A DNA stretch of 64,000 nt from NCBI GenBank assembly GCA_046347835.1, contig JAXMFI010000003.1, positions 41,759 to 105,758 of the forward strand. The letters run 5' to 3'. Numbering within the stretch: the stretch's first letter is position 1; each line of letters opens with the position of its first letter. The translations under genes and the position numbers were made by a program. The notes under the pieces were generated by a model that did not search any database, was not told where the DNA came from, and worked only from the letters and a program-made list of their open reading frames with translations. Below are positions 17,980-27,345 of the stretch, piece by piece. Source of the stretch: Burkholderiales bacterium. GTDB taxonomy: Bacteria; Pseudomonadota; Gammaproteobacteria; Burkholderiales; Casimicrobiaceae.

Positions 17980-19326
17980 ATGACAACGTTGCTGCGGCAA
18001 GTCGCCCTGTGGTCCGGCACGCGGCCGGGCCGGTTTGCCATGGAGCGGATCCAGGCACGCGCGCTGCGGAGAACGGTGGGCCACGCCGCGCGCAACAGCC
18101 CGTTCTACCGCGAGCGCTTTCGGGAGCTCGGGATCGATCCCCGCTGCATCCGGTCGGCAGGGGATCTGGGGCGACTGGGGTTCTTCACGACGCCCGCCGA
18201 TTTCGCCGGGAACGAGGACCGGTTTCTCGCGGTTCCCCCGGATCGGGTGGTGCACGCGTGCGCGAGTTCAGGCACGAGCGGAAAACCGAAGTTCGTGCGC
18301 TTCAGCCGATGGGATTGGATACGGCTCGTGTTTGGGGGTGCCATCGGTCTGGGGGCGGTCGGGGTGACTCGAGCCGATGTGGTGCTCGTCATGCTGGCAT
18401 TTGGATCGCCGGAGTGGATGACGGGCATCGTGACGCTCGAGATGTTCCGTGTCGTGGGCTGCCTGACGATTCCTGCCAGCACGACGCATTCAACCGGGAC
18501 GCTCATCGGGATGATGGAGCGGTTTCGTCCCTCGGTGTTGGTGGGGATACCGAGCTTCATCTGGAAACTGACGGAGGAGGGCTCGCAGATCACCGACCTG
18601 AAGCGCTTCGGGGTGCGCATGATCAGGCTGGGCGGGGAGCCGCTCGGGGTGGGCCTGCGCGCACGGCTGGAAGAGGCGTGGGGCGCAGGCGTCTTCGACG
18701 TCTACGGGATGACCGAGTGCGGTTACGTCGTCGCCGGGGAGAGCGAGGCGGGCGGAGGCTTGCACGTGAATTCGCGGGTGGTGGTCGAAGTCGTGGATCC
18801 GGCGGGCGACCGCGTCCTGCCCGATGGCGACGTGGGGGAGCTGGTTTTCACGACCTTGGAACAGGAGGCGACACCCTTCCTGCGATATCGCTCCGGCGAT
18901 CTGGGCAGCCTGTGCCCGGGAGAGGGGAGGTTTTTCGGCCAGACGATCAGGAAGGTGATCGGCAGGAAAGACGACATGGTGATCGTGGGTTCGGGGGTCA
19001 ACCTGTTCCCCGAGGGCGTCGAAAGAGCGATGTTGCAGATTCCCGGCGTGCTGGGATTCCAGCTCCTGGTGGAAGGGGAGTCCTATCGGGACCGCGTCAC
19101 GATCCGACTGGAGACGGGGCCGGGCGCGCCGCCGGAGGCGGAGTTGTCCCGGCGGGTGCGCGGGGCCTTGGCGGATGCCGTGCCGGGACTCGATCATGAA
19201 ATCGCCGGGGAGGGCACGCTCGAGGAACCTCGGGTCGAGGTGGTGGCACCAGGATCCCTTGCGGGCGGCTCGGGGCGCAAGGTGCCCCGGGTCCTGGACC
19301 GTCGGGCGCGAACACGAGACCGGTAG
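17980..19326 (+). CDS. Phenylacetate-CoA ligase / F390 synthetase-family adenylate-forming enzyme
   Basis: NSPFYRERF, SSGTSGKPK (P-loop), DVYGMTECG, RYRSGDL, IGRKDDM..SGVNLFP, RKVPRVLDRR. Confidence 0.88.
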   Translation: MTTLLRQVALWSGTRPGRFAMERIQARALRRTVGHAARNSPFYRERFRELGIDPRCIRSAGDLGRLGFFTTPADFAGNEDRFLAVPPDRVVHACASSGTSGKPKFVRFSRWDWIRLVFGGAIGLGAVGVTRADVVLVMLAFGSPEWMTGIVTLEMFRVVGCLTIPASTTHSTGTLIGMMERFRPSVLVGIPSFIWKLTEEGSQITDLKRFGVRMIRLGGEPLGVGLRARLEEAWGAGVFDVYGMTECGYVVAGESEAGGGLHVNSRVVVEVVDPAGDRVLPDGDVGELVFTTLEQEATPFLRYRSGDLGSLCPGEGRFFGQTIRKVIGRKDDMVIVGSGVNLFPEGVERAMLQIPGVLGFQLLVEGESYRDRVTIRLETGPGAPPEAELSRRVRGALADAVPGLDHEIAGEGTLEEPRVEVVAPGSLAGGSGRKVPRVLDRRARTRDR

Positions 19327-19568
19327 CCAGCGCTGCGCCTGGTGCCGGCTGATCCGGCCAAAGTGCGTCGGCGTCGCCCCTTCTTGCGCACGACGCGATG
19401 ACGCCTCGGTGCGCATCGCGGCCGCTGACGGGGCCGGAGGCGGGCGGCTGCTGCGCGACTGCGCCCGGCGCGCCATTCGCCGTGTGACCCGCCGCCACTT
19501 CTTCGAGCCGATCGTTCCCCGGGTGTGGCCCGGGTTGGCTGGCTGCAAGAAAGGGGGTCTGACCCGCC

Positions 19569-21029
19569 TCAGATCAGCACGATGTCGTACTGCTCCTGCG
19601 TGTACAGCGTCTCCACCTGCAGCGAGATCGGCTTGGCGATGAAGTCGCCCAGCTGCGCCAGGCTCTGCGACTCCTCGTCGAGGAACATGTCGATGACGGA
19701 TTGCGACGCGAGGATGCGGAACTCGCGCGCGTTGAACTGCTTCGACTCGCGGACGATCTCGCGCAGGATCTCGTAGCAGATCGTCTGCGCGGTCTTCAGT
19801 TCGCCGCGGCCCTGGCACGTCGGGCAGGATTCGCACAGCACGTGCGCGAGGGACTCGCGCGTGCGCTTGCGCGTCATTTCGACCAAGCCGAGCTGCGTGA
19901 AGCCGTTCACCGTCAGCCGCGTACGGTCCTTCTCCAGCGCGCGATTGAGCTCGGCGAGCACCGCGTTGCGGTGGTCGGCGTTCTCCATGTCGATGAAGTC
20001 GATGATGATGATGCCGCCGAGGTTGCGCATCCGCAGCTGGCGGGCGATCACCTGCGCGGCCTCGAGGTTGGTCTTGAAGATCGTGTCGTCGAAGCTGCGG
20101 CCGCCGACGAAGCCGCCGGTGTTGACGTCGATCGTCGTCATCGCCTCGGTCTGGTCGATGATGAGGTACCCGCCGGACTTCAGGTCCACGCGCCGCGCGA
20201 GCGCCTTCTCGATCTCGTCCTCGACGCCGTGCAGGTCGTAGAGGGGCCGGTCGCCGACGTAGTGGTTGATGCGGTCGGACAGCGCCGGCGTGTACTGGCG
20301 CGCGAACTCCTGCATGCGCACGAACGTCTCGCGCGAGTCGACCAGCACGCGCGCCGTCTCGTCGGTCGACATGTCGCGCAGCACGCGCTGCGCGAGGTTC
20401 AGGTCCTGGTAGAGCAGCGACGCGGGCGCCGTGTCGCGCGAACGCTCGGTGAGGTCGCTCCATAGCTTGGTCAGGTACTCGATGTCGGCCTGCATCTCGC
20501 GCTCGGTGGCGGTCTCCGCCATCGTGCGGATGATGAAGCCGCCGGTGAGGCCCTCGGGCAGCAGGTGCTGCAGCCGCTCGCGCAGCGACTCGCGCTCCGC
20601 CTCGTCGCCGATGCGCTGCGAGATGCCGATGTGCGAGTCCTGCGGCAGGTACACGAGAAGCCGGCCGGCGAGGCTCACCTGCGTGGACAGCCGCGCGCCC
20701 TTGGTGCCGATCGGGTCCTTGATCACCTGCACGAGCAGCGACTGGCCTTCGTGCAGGATGCGCTCGATGGGCTTCTGCTCGCCGCCGTGGCCGTTCTGCC
20801 GGTGCTCCCAGATGTCGGCGATGTGCAGGAACGCCGCGCGCTCGAGCCCGATCTCGATGAACGCGCTCTGCATGCCGGGCAGCACGCGCGCGACGCGGCC
20901 CAGGTAGATGTTGCCGACCAGGCCGCGCGCACTCGCGCGCTCCATGTGCAGTTCCTGCACGACGCCCTGCTCGAGCATCGCCACGCGGGTTTCCTGCGGC
21001 GTGACGTTGATCAGGATCTCATGTGTCAT
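19569..21029 (-). CDS. rng: Ribonuclease G
   Basis: EILINVTPQETRVA, VLPGMQSAF, DPIGTKGARLST, IDVNTG, IIIDFIDM. Confidence 0.97.
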   Translation of the reverse strand: MTHEILINVTPQETRVAMLEQGVVQELHMERASARGLVGNIYLGRVARVLPGMQSAFIEIGLERAAFLHIADIWEHRQNGHGGEQKPIERILHEGQSLLVQVIKDPIGTKGARLSTQVSLAGRLLVYLPQDSHIGISQRIGDEAERESLRERLQHLLPEGLTGGFIIRTMAETATEREMQADIEYLTKLWSDLTERSRDTAPASLLYQDLNLAQRVLRDMSTDETARVLVDSRETFVRMQEFARQYTPALSDRINHYVGDRPLYDLHGVEDEIEKALARRVDLKSGGYLIIDQTEAMTTIDVNTGGFVGGRSFDDTIFKTNLEAAQVIARQLRMRNLGGIIIIDFIDMENADHRNAVLAELNRALEKDRTRLTVNGFTQLGLVEMTRKRTRESLAHVLCESCPTCQGRGELKTAQTICYEILREIVRESKQFNAREFRILASQSVIDMFLDEESQSLAQLGDFIAKPISLQVETLYTQEQYDIVLI

Positions 21030-21108
21030 GGCGCGCCGGCGGGACGGTGCGCGCCGGACGGGCGCGCGCGCCGCTCCGCCGGGTCCGGCGGCTGCGAAGT
21101 TGCGCCCG

Positions 21109-21723
21109 TTATAGCACGGAGCGGCCGGTCCGGGCGAGAAGCGCCGCGGTCTCGGCCAGCGGCAATCCCATGACGCCGGAGTAGCTGCCTTCGATGCGCG
21201 TGATGAACGCGGCCGCGAGTCCCTGGATCGCGTAGCCGCCCGCCTTGTCGAACGGCTCGCCGGTCGCCACGTAGCGCTCGATCTCGCCGGCGGTCAGGCG
21301 CCGGAAGGTCACGTGCGAGACCGACACCGCGACCTCGGCCTCCTCCTGCCACTTGAGCGCGACGGCGGTCATGACCTCGTGCCGCCGGCCCGAGAGCTGC
21401 GCGAGCATCCGGCGCGCGGCGTCGACGTCGGCCGGCTTGCCGAAGATCGCGTCGTCCAGCACGACCTCGGTGTCGGCGCCCAGCACCGGGCGCGGCGGCA
21501 GGCCGCGCTGCTCCATCCGCTTCCAGCCGACCGTCGCCTTCGTGCGCGCGATGCGCTCGACGTAGTGCAGCGGGGGCTCGCGGTCGCGCGCCTCCTCGAC
21601 GACGTCGCGGTGGCGGCCGGGCGCCTCGCGCAGCTTGAGCTCGTCGAACGCGACGCCGATCTGGCGCAGCAGTTCCTGCCGGCGCGGGCTGCGGGAGGCG
21701 AGATAGACGGCGACGTCACTCAC
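21109..21723 (-). CDS. maf: Maf-family nucleoside triphosphate pyrophosphatase (YhdE-like)
   Basis: YLASRSPRRQELL, LGADTEV, FDKAGGYAIQG, GSYSGVMGLP. Confidence 0.95.
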   Translation of the reverse strand: MSDVAVYLASRSPRRQELLRQIGVAFDELKLREAPGRHRDVVEEARDREPPLHYVERIARTKATVGWKRMEQRGLPPRPVLGADTEVVLDDAIFGKPADVDAARRMLAQLSGRRHEVMTAVALKWQEEAEVAVSVSHVTFRRLTAGEIERYVATGEPFDKAGGYAIQGLAAAFITRIEGSYSGVMGLPLAETAALLARTGRSVL

Positions 21724-22183
21724 GGTGGTAGGGGTGTCCGGCGTTCAGGCTGACCGCGCGGTAGAGCTGCTCGGCGAGCAGCACGCGCGCGAGCCCGTGC
21801 GGCAGCGTCAGCGGCGACAGCGAAACCCGCGCGGCCGCGTCGCGCTTCATCGCCGGGTCGAGGCCGTCGGCGCTGCCGATGACGAACGCCGGGTCCGCGC
21901 CGTCGTGCTGCCAGCGGGCGATGTGCGCCGCGAGGTCGCGCGTGGCCCAGCGCTCGCCGCGCTCGTCGAGCGCGATCATCCGGTGCGAGGCGCATGCCGC
22001 GCGGATGCGCGTCGCCTCGGCCGCGAGCAGCTGCGCCACCGTGCGCCCGCGGTCGCGCGCCTCGGGCTTGAGCTCGACCAGGTCGATCGCGAACTCCCGC
22101 GGCATCCGCTTCGCGTAGTCGTCGAACCCTGCGGTGACCCATGCGGGCATGCGGTGGCCGAGCGCAACGATACGCAGCTTCAC
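21716..22183 (-). CDS. rlmH: 23S rRNA (pseudouridine1915-N3)-methyltransferase
   Basis: ALDERG, FVIGSADGL, LTLPHGLARVLLAEQLYRA, GHPYHRE. Confidence 0.97.
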   Translation of the reverse strand: MKLRIVALGHRMPAWVTAGFDDYAKRMPREFAIDLVELKPEARDRGRTVAQLLAAEATRIRAACASHRMIALDERGERWATRDLAAHIARWQHDGADPAFVIGSADGLDPAMKRDAAARVSLSPLTLPHGLARVLLAEQLYRAVSLNAGHPYHRE

Positions 22184-22332
22184 GGAAAATGAGGGTCAGA
22201 CTCGAATTTCCTGGATCGGCCTGCAAGTGGGCAAGGCCGGAGTGCGGAAATTCGAGTCTGACCCTCATTTTCCGTTCCGACTGTGCACTCGCTGTAGCCG
22301 AACCCGGAAACTCGAGTCTGACCCTCATCTCC
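22182..22332. repeat. REP/BIME-like cluster, family C (GAGGGTCAGACTCGAATTTCC); three copies
   Basis: Perfect 30-bp inverted repeat 22182-22211 / 22246-22275, plus a degenerate third copy 22306-22332. Confidence 0.85.
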
Positions 22333-22343
22333 TGCCACCGTCT

Positions 22344-22694
22344 TCACGCCGCCTTCGCGCGCTTGCGCGCCGCCGGCGCCTCCCACAGTTCCTCGAGGTT
22401 GTAGTAGGTGCGCACCGCCGGCTGCATGACGTGGACGACGATGTCGCCGCAGTCGACCAGCACCCATTCGCCGGTCTCCTCGCCCTCGACGCCGATGATC
22501 GTCGCGCCGGCCTCCTTCAGCCGGTCGCGCACGTGATGGGCGAGCGCCTTGACCTGCCGGTTGGAGTCGGCGCTGGCGATGATCAGCGAGTCGTAGAAAC
22601 TGGTGAGCTTGCGGACGTCGAGGACCTTGATGTCGTGCGCCTTGATGTCCTCGAGGGCGGTGACGGCGGCTTGCTGCAGCTTGTTAAGTCGCAT
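22344..22694 (-). CDS. rsfS: Ribosome silencing factor
   Basis: LEDIKAHDIKVLDV, SNRQVKALA, WVLVDCGDIVVHVM, YYNLEELW. Confidence 0.96.
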   Translation of the reverse strand: MRLNKLQQAAVTALEDIKAHDIKVLDVRKLTSFYDSLIIASADSNRQVKALAHHVRDRLKEAGATIIGVEGEETGEWVLVDCGDIVVHVMQPAVRTYYNLEELWEAPAARKRAKAA

Positions 22695-23352
22695 CCGGGG
22701 GGATCGAATAGAGGTGATGGCGGTCAATATAGGTCAAAACGTCGGGTGGCAGCAAACCTGCGACGGCATCGCGGCCGGCCGGCCCGCGCGCGAGTTGCGC
22801 GCGAATCACGGTCGCGGAAATCGGCTGCGGCGACACCCGGGCTTCGTAGATGGCGCCGGCAGGCGCGGAAAACAAGGCGGCCGGATCGGTGACGCGCCGG
22901 GCGTGCCACTCGGCGGCCAGGGCTTCCGGCAGGTCCGCCGCCAGCGCGACGCCGGGCCGTGCGACGACGACGACGTGGGCGAGCGCGAAGATCTCGCGCC
23001 AGCGGTGCCACGTCGGCAGCCCGCGGAACGCGTCGGCGCCGACCAGCAGCAGCAGCGGCCGCGCCGGATCCTCGCGACGCAGTTCCTCCAGTGTGAGCAC
23101 CGTGTAGCTCTTGCCGGACCGCGCGAGCTCGCGCTCGTCGATCGCGAGACCCGGGAACTGCGCGGCACCCAGCCGCAGCATCGCGAGCCGATCGGCGGCG
23201 GACGCCGCGGGTCCCGCGCGATGCGGCGGATCGCGCGCGGGGACCAGACGCACTTCGGACAGGTGCAGCGCCCGGCGCGCGTCGTCGGCGAACCGCAGGT
23301 GCCCGTAGTGGACCGGGTCGAACGTGCCGCCGAGCAGCGCGACGGGTTCCAT
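22684..23352 (-). CDS. nadD: Nicotinate-nucleotide adenylyltransferase
   Basis: GGTFDPVHYGHL, SYTVLTL, VGADAF..LPTWHRW, ISATVIR. Confidence 0.96.
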   Translation of the reverse strand: MEPVALLGGTFDPVHYGHLRFADDARRALHLSEVRLVPARDPPHRAGPAASAADRLAMLRLGAAQFPGLAIDERELARSGKSYTVLTLEELRREDPARPLLLLVGADAFRGLPTWHRWREIFALAHVVVVARPGVALAADLPEALAAEWHARRVTDPAALFSAPAGAIYEARVSPQPISATVIRAQLARGPAGRDAVAGLLPPDVLTYIDRHHLYSIPPDAT

Positions 23353-23461
23353 CCGGCGAGTTTACGCGGGGCAGAACCTTCCACAAAGAGACGCCGAGGC
23401 GCTTGCGAACGCCGGCTCCCGAGCGCCTGCGCGTCTCTTCGCGGACCTTGCCGTGTCCGGG

Positions 23462-24040
23462 TCAGAACCGCGACCCCGGCTCGCGCAGGAATGCGATCTC
23501 CTCCGGCGTCGACGTCCGGCCCAGAATCTCGTTGCGGTGCGGGTAGCGGCCGAACCGGAAGATCACGTCGGCGTGCCTGCGCGCCCACTGCAGCAGCGAG
23601 TCGTCGCCGGTCTCGCGGGCGAGCGCGCCGAACAGCGCAAGCGAGCGGTGCTGCATCGCGGCGTCCTCGGCGTGCTCGAACGGCAGGTAGACGAACCCGC
23701 GCTGCACGGTGTCGAGCGCGCGGTCGAATCCGCGGGCGACGGCGGCGTCCGCCGCGGCCAGCGCCAGCGCGTCGCCGGCGAACGCGCGCGGCGTATCCCG
23801 GAAGACGTTGCGGCTGAACTGGTCGAGCAGCACGATGCGCGCGAGCGCGCCATCCGGCGTCGAATCCCACTCGACGAACGCGCCCTGCAGCGCCTGCGCG
23901 ATCGCGACACCGAAGCGCGCGCGGATCGTGTCGTCGAACGCCGGATCCTTGCGGAACCACACGTCGCGCGCGAGGCCGCGCTCGGGCGAGCCGGGCGCGC
24001 CGAACCAGAAGTCGACGACGTCATGCGGTGCGATGGCCAT
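23462..24040 (-). CDS. DUF924 family protein
   Basis: VVDFWF, LLDQFSRNVFR, FVYLPFEHAE, FGRYPHRNEILGR. Confidence 0.92.
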   Translation of the reverse strand: MAIAPHDVVDFWFGAPGSPERGLARDVWFRKDPAFDDTIRARFGVAIAQALQGAFVEWDSTPDGALARIVLLDQFSRNVFRDTPRAFAGDALALAAADAAVARGFDRALDTVQRGFVYLPFEHAEDAAMQHRSLALFGALARETGDDSLLQWARRHADVIFRFGRYPHRNEILGRTSTPEEIAFLREPGSRF

Positions 24041-24098
24041 CGCCTATCATAGCGGTCTGGCGGCGCCGTGCACGGTGCCATCCTCGATCCCGCCGGCG

Positions 24099-25283
24099 AT
24101 GACCACTTCGTACCGCGACATCTTCCTGCTCGCCTGCTGCCAGGCGCTGCTGCTCACCAACGCCGCGGGGCTCATCTCGATGAACGCGCTCGTCGGCTAC
24201 TCGCTGGTCGACGTCAAGACGATCGCGACCCTCGGCGCGACCACGTACGTGCTGGGCTCGGCGCTGGCGACGATGCCGATGTCGCTGTGGATGGGCCGCG
24301 TCGGGCGGCGGCGCGGCTTCATGGCCGGCGCGCTGATCAACGTCGGCGGCTGCGCGATCGCCGTCGCCGCGCTGTCGCTGAAGAGCTTTGCGCTCTACTG
24401 CCTCGCCACTGCCGTGATCGGCGTCTACAACGCGATCGGCCTGCAGTACCGGTTCGCCGCGGCGGAGGTGGCCGCGCCGGCCGACCGCGCGCGCGCGATC
24501 TCGCTGGTGCTGGCCGGCGGCATCGTCGGCGGCTTCCTCGGGCCGGCGATCACGCGCTGGGGCCGCGACCTCTTCGCCGCGCCGTTCCTGGGCTCGTTCC
24601 TCATGCTCGCCGGCGTCGCGCTGGTCGCGCTCGCCGTGCAGTCGCAGGTGCGCGTGCCGAAGCCCGCCGCAGCCGGCCACGCCGACGGCGGGCGGCCGCT
24701 GCGGCAGATCGTGCGCCAGCCGGTGTTCGTCGTCGCTGCGGTGTCCGCGGTCGTTGGCTACGGCCTCATGAACCTGCTGATGACGGCGACACCGCTCGCG
24801 ATGGACTTCTGCGGCCTGCCGTACGCGCAGGCGGCGTTCGTCATCTCGTGGCACGTCGTCGGCATGTACGCGCCGGGCTTCGTCACCGGCAGCCTGATCG
24901 ACCGCTTCGGCGTGCTGAACGTGATCCTCGCCGGCGCCGCCGTGATGGCGGGCGGCGCGCTCGTGGCGCTGACCGGCAACGCGCTGGCGCACTTCGTCGC
25001 GGCGCTGGTGCTGATCGGCGTCGGCTGGAACTTCATGTACACGGGCGGCACCACGCTGCTGACCGAGTCCTACACGCCGCCCGAGAAGGCGCGCACGCAG
25101 GGCGCCAACGACTTCATCATGTTCTCGACGATGGCCGTGTCGTCGTTCTCGTCCGGCGCGATGGTGTCGACCACCGGCTGGGAGGCGATGAACTGGACCG
25201 CGCTGCCGGTGCTGGTGGCGGTGGCGGCGGTGGTCGTCTGGTACGCGCGGCGTCACCGGCGGAAGACTTCCGCGCCCGCTTAG
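24099..25283 (+). CDS. MFS transporter
   Basis: Many TM segments; RVGRRRGF, QYRFAAAE, ISWHVVGMYAP, GVGWNFMY. Confidence 0.92.
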   Translation: MTTSYRDIFLLACCQALLLTNAAGLISMNALVGYSLVDVKTIATLGATTYVLGSALATMPMSLWMGRVGRRRGFMAGALINVGGCAIAVAALSLKSFALYCLATAVIGVYNAIGLQYRFAAAEVAAPADRARAISLVLAGGIVGGFLGPAITRWGRDLFAAPFLGSFLMLAGVALVALAVQSQVRVPKPAAAGHADGGRPLRQIVRQPVFVVAAVSAVVGYGLMNLLMTATPLAMDFCGLPYAQAAFVISWHVVGMYAPGFVTGSLIDRFGVLNVILAGAAVMAGGALVALTGNALAHFVAALVLIGVGWNFMYTGGTTLLTESYTPPEKARTQGANDFIMFSTMAVSSFSSGAMVSTTGWEAMNWTALPVLVAVAAVVVWYARRHRRKTSAPA

Positions 25284-25286
25284 GCG

Positions 25287-25640
25287 TCAGAACACGATTA
25301 CCTTGTCCGCATCGGCGGTCCACGTCGACAGCACGTCCATCGAACCGCGCTCGGCACCGGAGACGAGCTCGTCGGCCGTGATCCCGCGCGCGTCCATGCA
25401 GGAGCCGCAGACGGACACCGTGCCGCCGCGGCGAATCACACCGCCGAGCATGTCGGCGATGTTGTAGTACCCCGGCGGCACCTTCTGGCCACCGTGCGCG
25501 CAGGCGGCGGCGTCGCCCATCAGGAACAACTTCACGCCGGTCGTGCCCTTGTCGAGCAGCGAGCGCGCGAGCCGCAGCGCGTTGTAGCTGCGCTCGGTGC
25601 CGTAGGGCGGGTCGTTCAGGATCATCAGCGTCGCAGTCAT
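25287..25640 (-). CDS. DsrE/YchN-family sulfur relay protein
   Basis: ILNDPPYGTERSYNALRLA, LFLMGDAA, CGSCMDARG. Confidence 0.9.
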   Translation of the reverse strand: MTATLMILNDPPYGTERSYNALRLARSLLDKGTTGVKLFLMGDAAACAHGGQKVPPGYYNIADMLGGVIRRGGTVSVCGSCMDARGITADELVSGAERGSMDVLSTWTADADKVIVF

Positions 25641-26500
25641 GTCTTGCCTCCATCGGGTTCCAGCGCCGGCAGCGCCCCGCCCGCAGGCCGGGGCGTGGCG
25701 TCCGCAAGGGGCTGCAGCAGCATGCGCACGAGGCTCCGCTCGCGCGCGCCGCGCAGGTACGGCAGGCCGATGGTCATCGCGTCGTGCCCGTCCGCCGGCC
25801 GCGCGCGGAAAGTGCCGAACAAGCGGTCCCAAACGGCCAGGTTGAAGCCGAAGTTGGTCGAGTGCTCGTCGCGCCGGATCGAGTGATGGATCCGGTGCAT
25901 GTCGGGCGTGACGAGGAGCAGCCGCAGCGCACGGTCGACGCGCGCTGGCAGGCGGGCATTCGCGTGGTTGAACATCGCCATCGCGTTCAGCACGACCTCG
26001 AAGGTCACGACGGCGGCGGCCGGAGCGCCGACCGCCGCGACGACGCCGCACTTGATCGCGAGCGACAGCAGGATCTCGACGGGGTGGAAGCGCAGCCCGG
26101 TCGTCACGTCGAAGTCCGTGTCCGCGTGATGCACCCGGTGCAGCCGCCACAGCGTCGGCACCGCGTGGAACAGCACGTGCTGCAGGTAGACGGCGAGGTC
26201 AAGCAGCACCACCGCCAGCGCGAACTTCGCCGCGTACGGCAGCGCCATCGCGTTGAGCAACCCCGTTCCGTGCGCCTCGGCGGCGAGCGCCACGGCGACG
26301 GCCGCGCCTGCTGCCGCCACACGCACGACGACGGTATTCAGCGCGACCAGTCCCAGGTTGTGCGGCCAGCGCTCGCGGCGCCGGAACCGCTGAGCGCGCC
26401 GCGGCAGGAGGGTTTCCCACAGCGCGACCGCGGCGAACACGCCGGCGAACGCGCCGAAGCGCAGGTACGGCTCGATGGCGGTCAGCGTGTCGGAAGACAA
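25637..26500 (-). CDS. Sterol desaturase / fatty acid hydroxylase family protein (probable TTG start)
   Basis: His boxes HVLFH, HRVHH, FNH, HRIHH; RFHPVE; GGGAG RBS before TTG at 26500. Confidence 0.88.
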   Translation of the reverse strand: MSSDTLTAIEPYLRFGAFAGVFAAVALWETLLPRRAQRFRRRERWPHNLGLVALNTVVVRVAAAGAAVAVALAAEAHGTGLLNAMALPYAAKFALAVVLLDLAVYLQHVLFHAVPTLWRLHRVHHADTDFDVTTGLRFHPVEILLSLAIKCGVVAAVGAPAAAVVTFEVVLNAMAMFNHANARLPARVDRALRLLLVTPDMHRIHHSIRRDEHSTNFGFNLAVWDRLFGTFRARPADGHDAMTIGLPYLRGARERSLVRMLLQPLADATPRPAGGALPALEPDGGKT

Positions 26501-26551
26501 CTGCGCTCCCCCGGGCCGCGCAGCCGTGGTACGCTGCGGGACGAGTGATCC

Positions 26552-26577
26552 AGTATTCAATCGATCAATTGAATACT
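26552..26577. promoter_or_regulatory. Candidate ArsR operator palindrome
   Basis: AGTATTCAAT-cgatca-ATTGAATACT: perfect 10-bp inverted repeat, AT-rich, between divergent genes. Confidence 0.8.
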
Positions 26578-26595
26578 ATCCAAGGAGGTCGCCCG

Positions 26596-27261
26596 GTGTC
26601 AATCCCCGCCAATCCGAAGCGCGAGATCTTCGCGAGCCTCGCGCGCATCGGCACGGCGCTATCGAGCCCGGTCCGGTTGGACCTGATCGAGCTGCTGGCG
26701 CAGGGCGAGCGCAGCGTCGACGAGCTCGCGACGCTGACCGGAACGAGTGTCGCCAACGCGTCGCAGCACCTGCAGAAGCTGAAGCAGGCCGGCCTCATCG
26801 TCGGCCGCAAGGACGGTCAGTTCGTCCGCTACCGGCTGGCGGGCGACGAGGTCGTCGCGCTGTTCCGGGCGCTCGGCACCGCCGGGCAGGCGTACCTGGC
26901 CGACGTCGACCGCATCGTTCGCCTGTACTTCGACGCCAAGGACGAGCTGGAACCCGTGCCTGCGACCGACCTGCTGGAGCGCGCGCGCAAGGGGCTCGTG
27001 ACGGTGCTCGACGTCCGCCCGCCCGAGGAGTTCGCCGCGGGCCACGTTCCGGGCGCCGTCAACATTCCCATCCACGAGCTCGAGCGCCGCCTCGCGGAGC
27101 TGCCCCGACGCAAGGAAGTCGTCGCCTACTGCCGCGGGCCGTTCTGCCTCATGTCGTACGACGCCGTGCAGGTGCTCCGCGCGAAGGGCCTGAAGGCGCG
27201 GCGCCTGCAGGACGGCATGCCGGAGTGGCAACTCGCTGGACTGCCGACGGAGCGAAGCTGA
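26596..27261 (+). CDS. ArsR/SmtB regulator fused to a rhodanese domain
   Basis: AAGGAGG RBS + GTG; ALSSPVRLDLIELLAQGERSV, NASQHL HTH; LDVRPPEEFAAGHVPGA, YCRGPFC. Confidence 0.93.
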   Translation: MSIPANPKREIFASLARIGTALSSPVRLDLIELLAQGERSVDELATLTGTSVANASQHLQKLKQAGLIVGRKDGQFVRYRLAGDEVVALFRALGTAGQAYLADVDRIVRLYFDAKDELEPVPATDLLERARKGLVTVLDVRPPEEFAAGHVPGAVNIPIHELERRLAELPRRKEVVAYCRGPFCLMSYDAVQVLRAKGLKARRLQDGMPEWQLAGLPTERS

Positions 27262-27345
27262 CGCGGGCCCTCGGCCCAGAGCCCGGCACGGCCGGTATGC
27301 TTTGGCTCCGGCGAGCTGCCGCCGTGCAACGCGGCGATTCACAGC

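Noticed and set aside
22182-22332. CRISPR-like spacing (about 28-30-bp repeats, 30-34-nt spacers)
   Set aside because: Only three copies, the first inverted relative to the others, and no cas genes or leader; fits REP/BIME instead.
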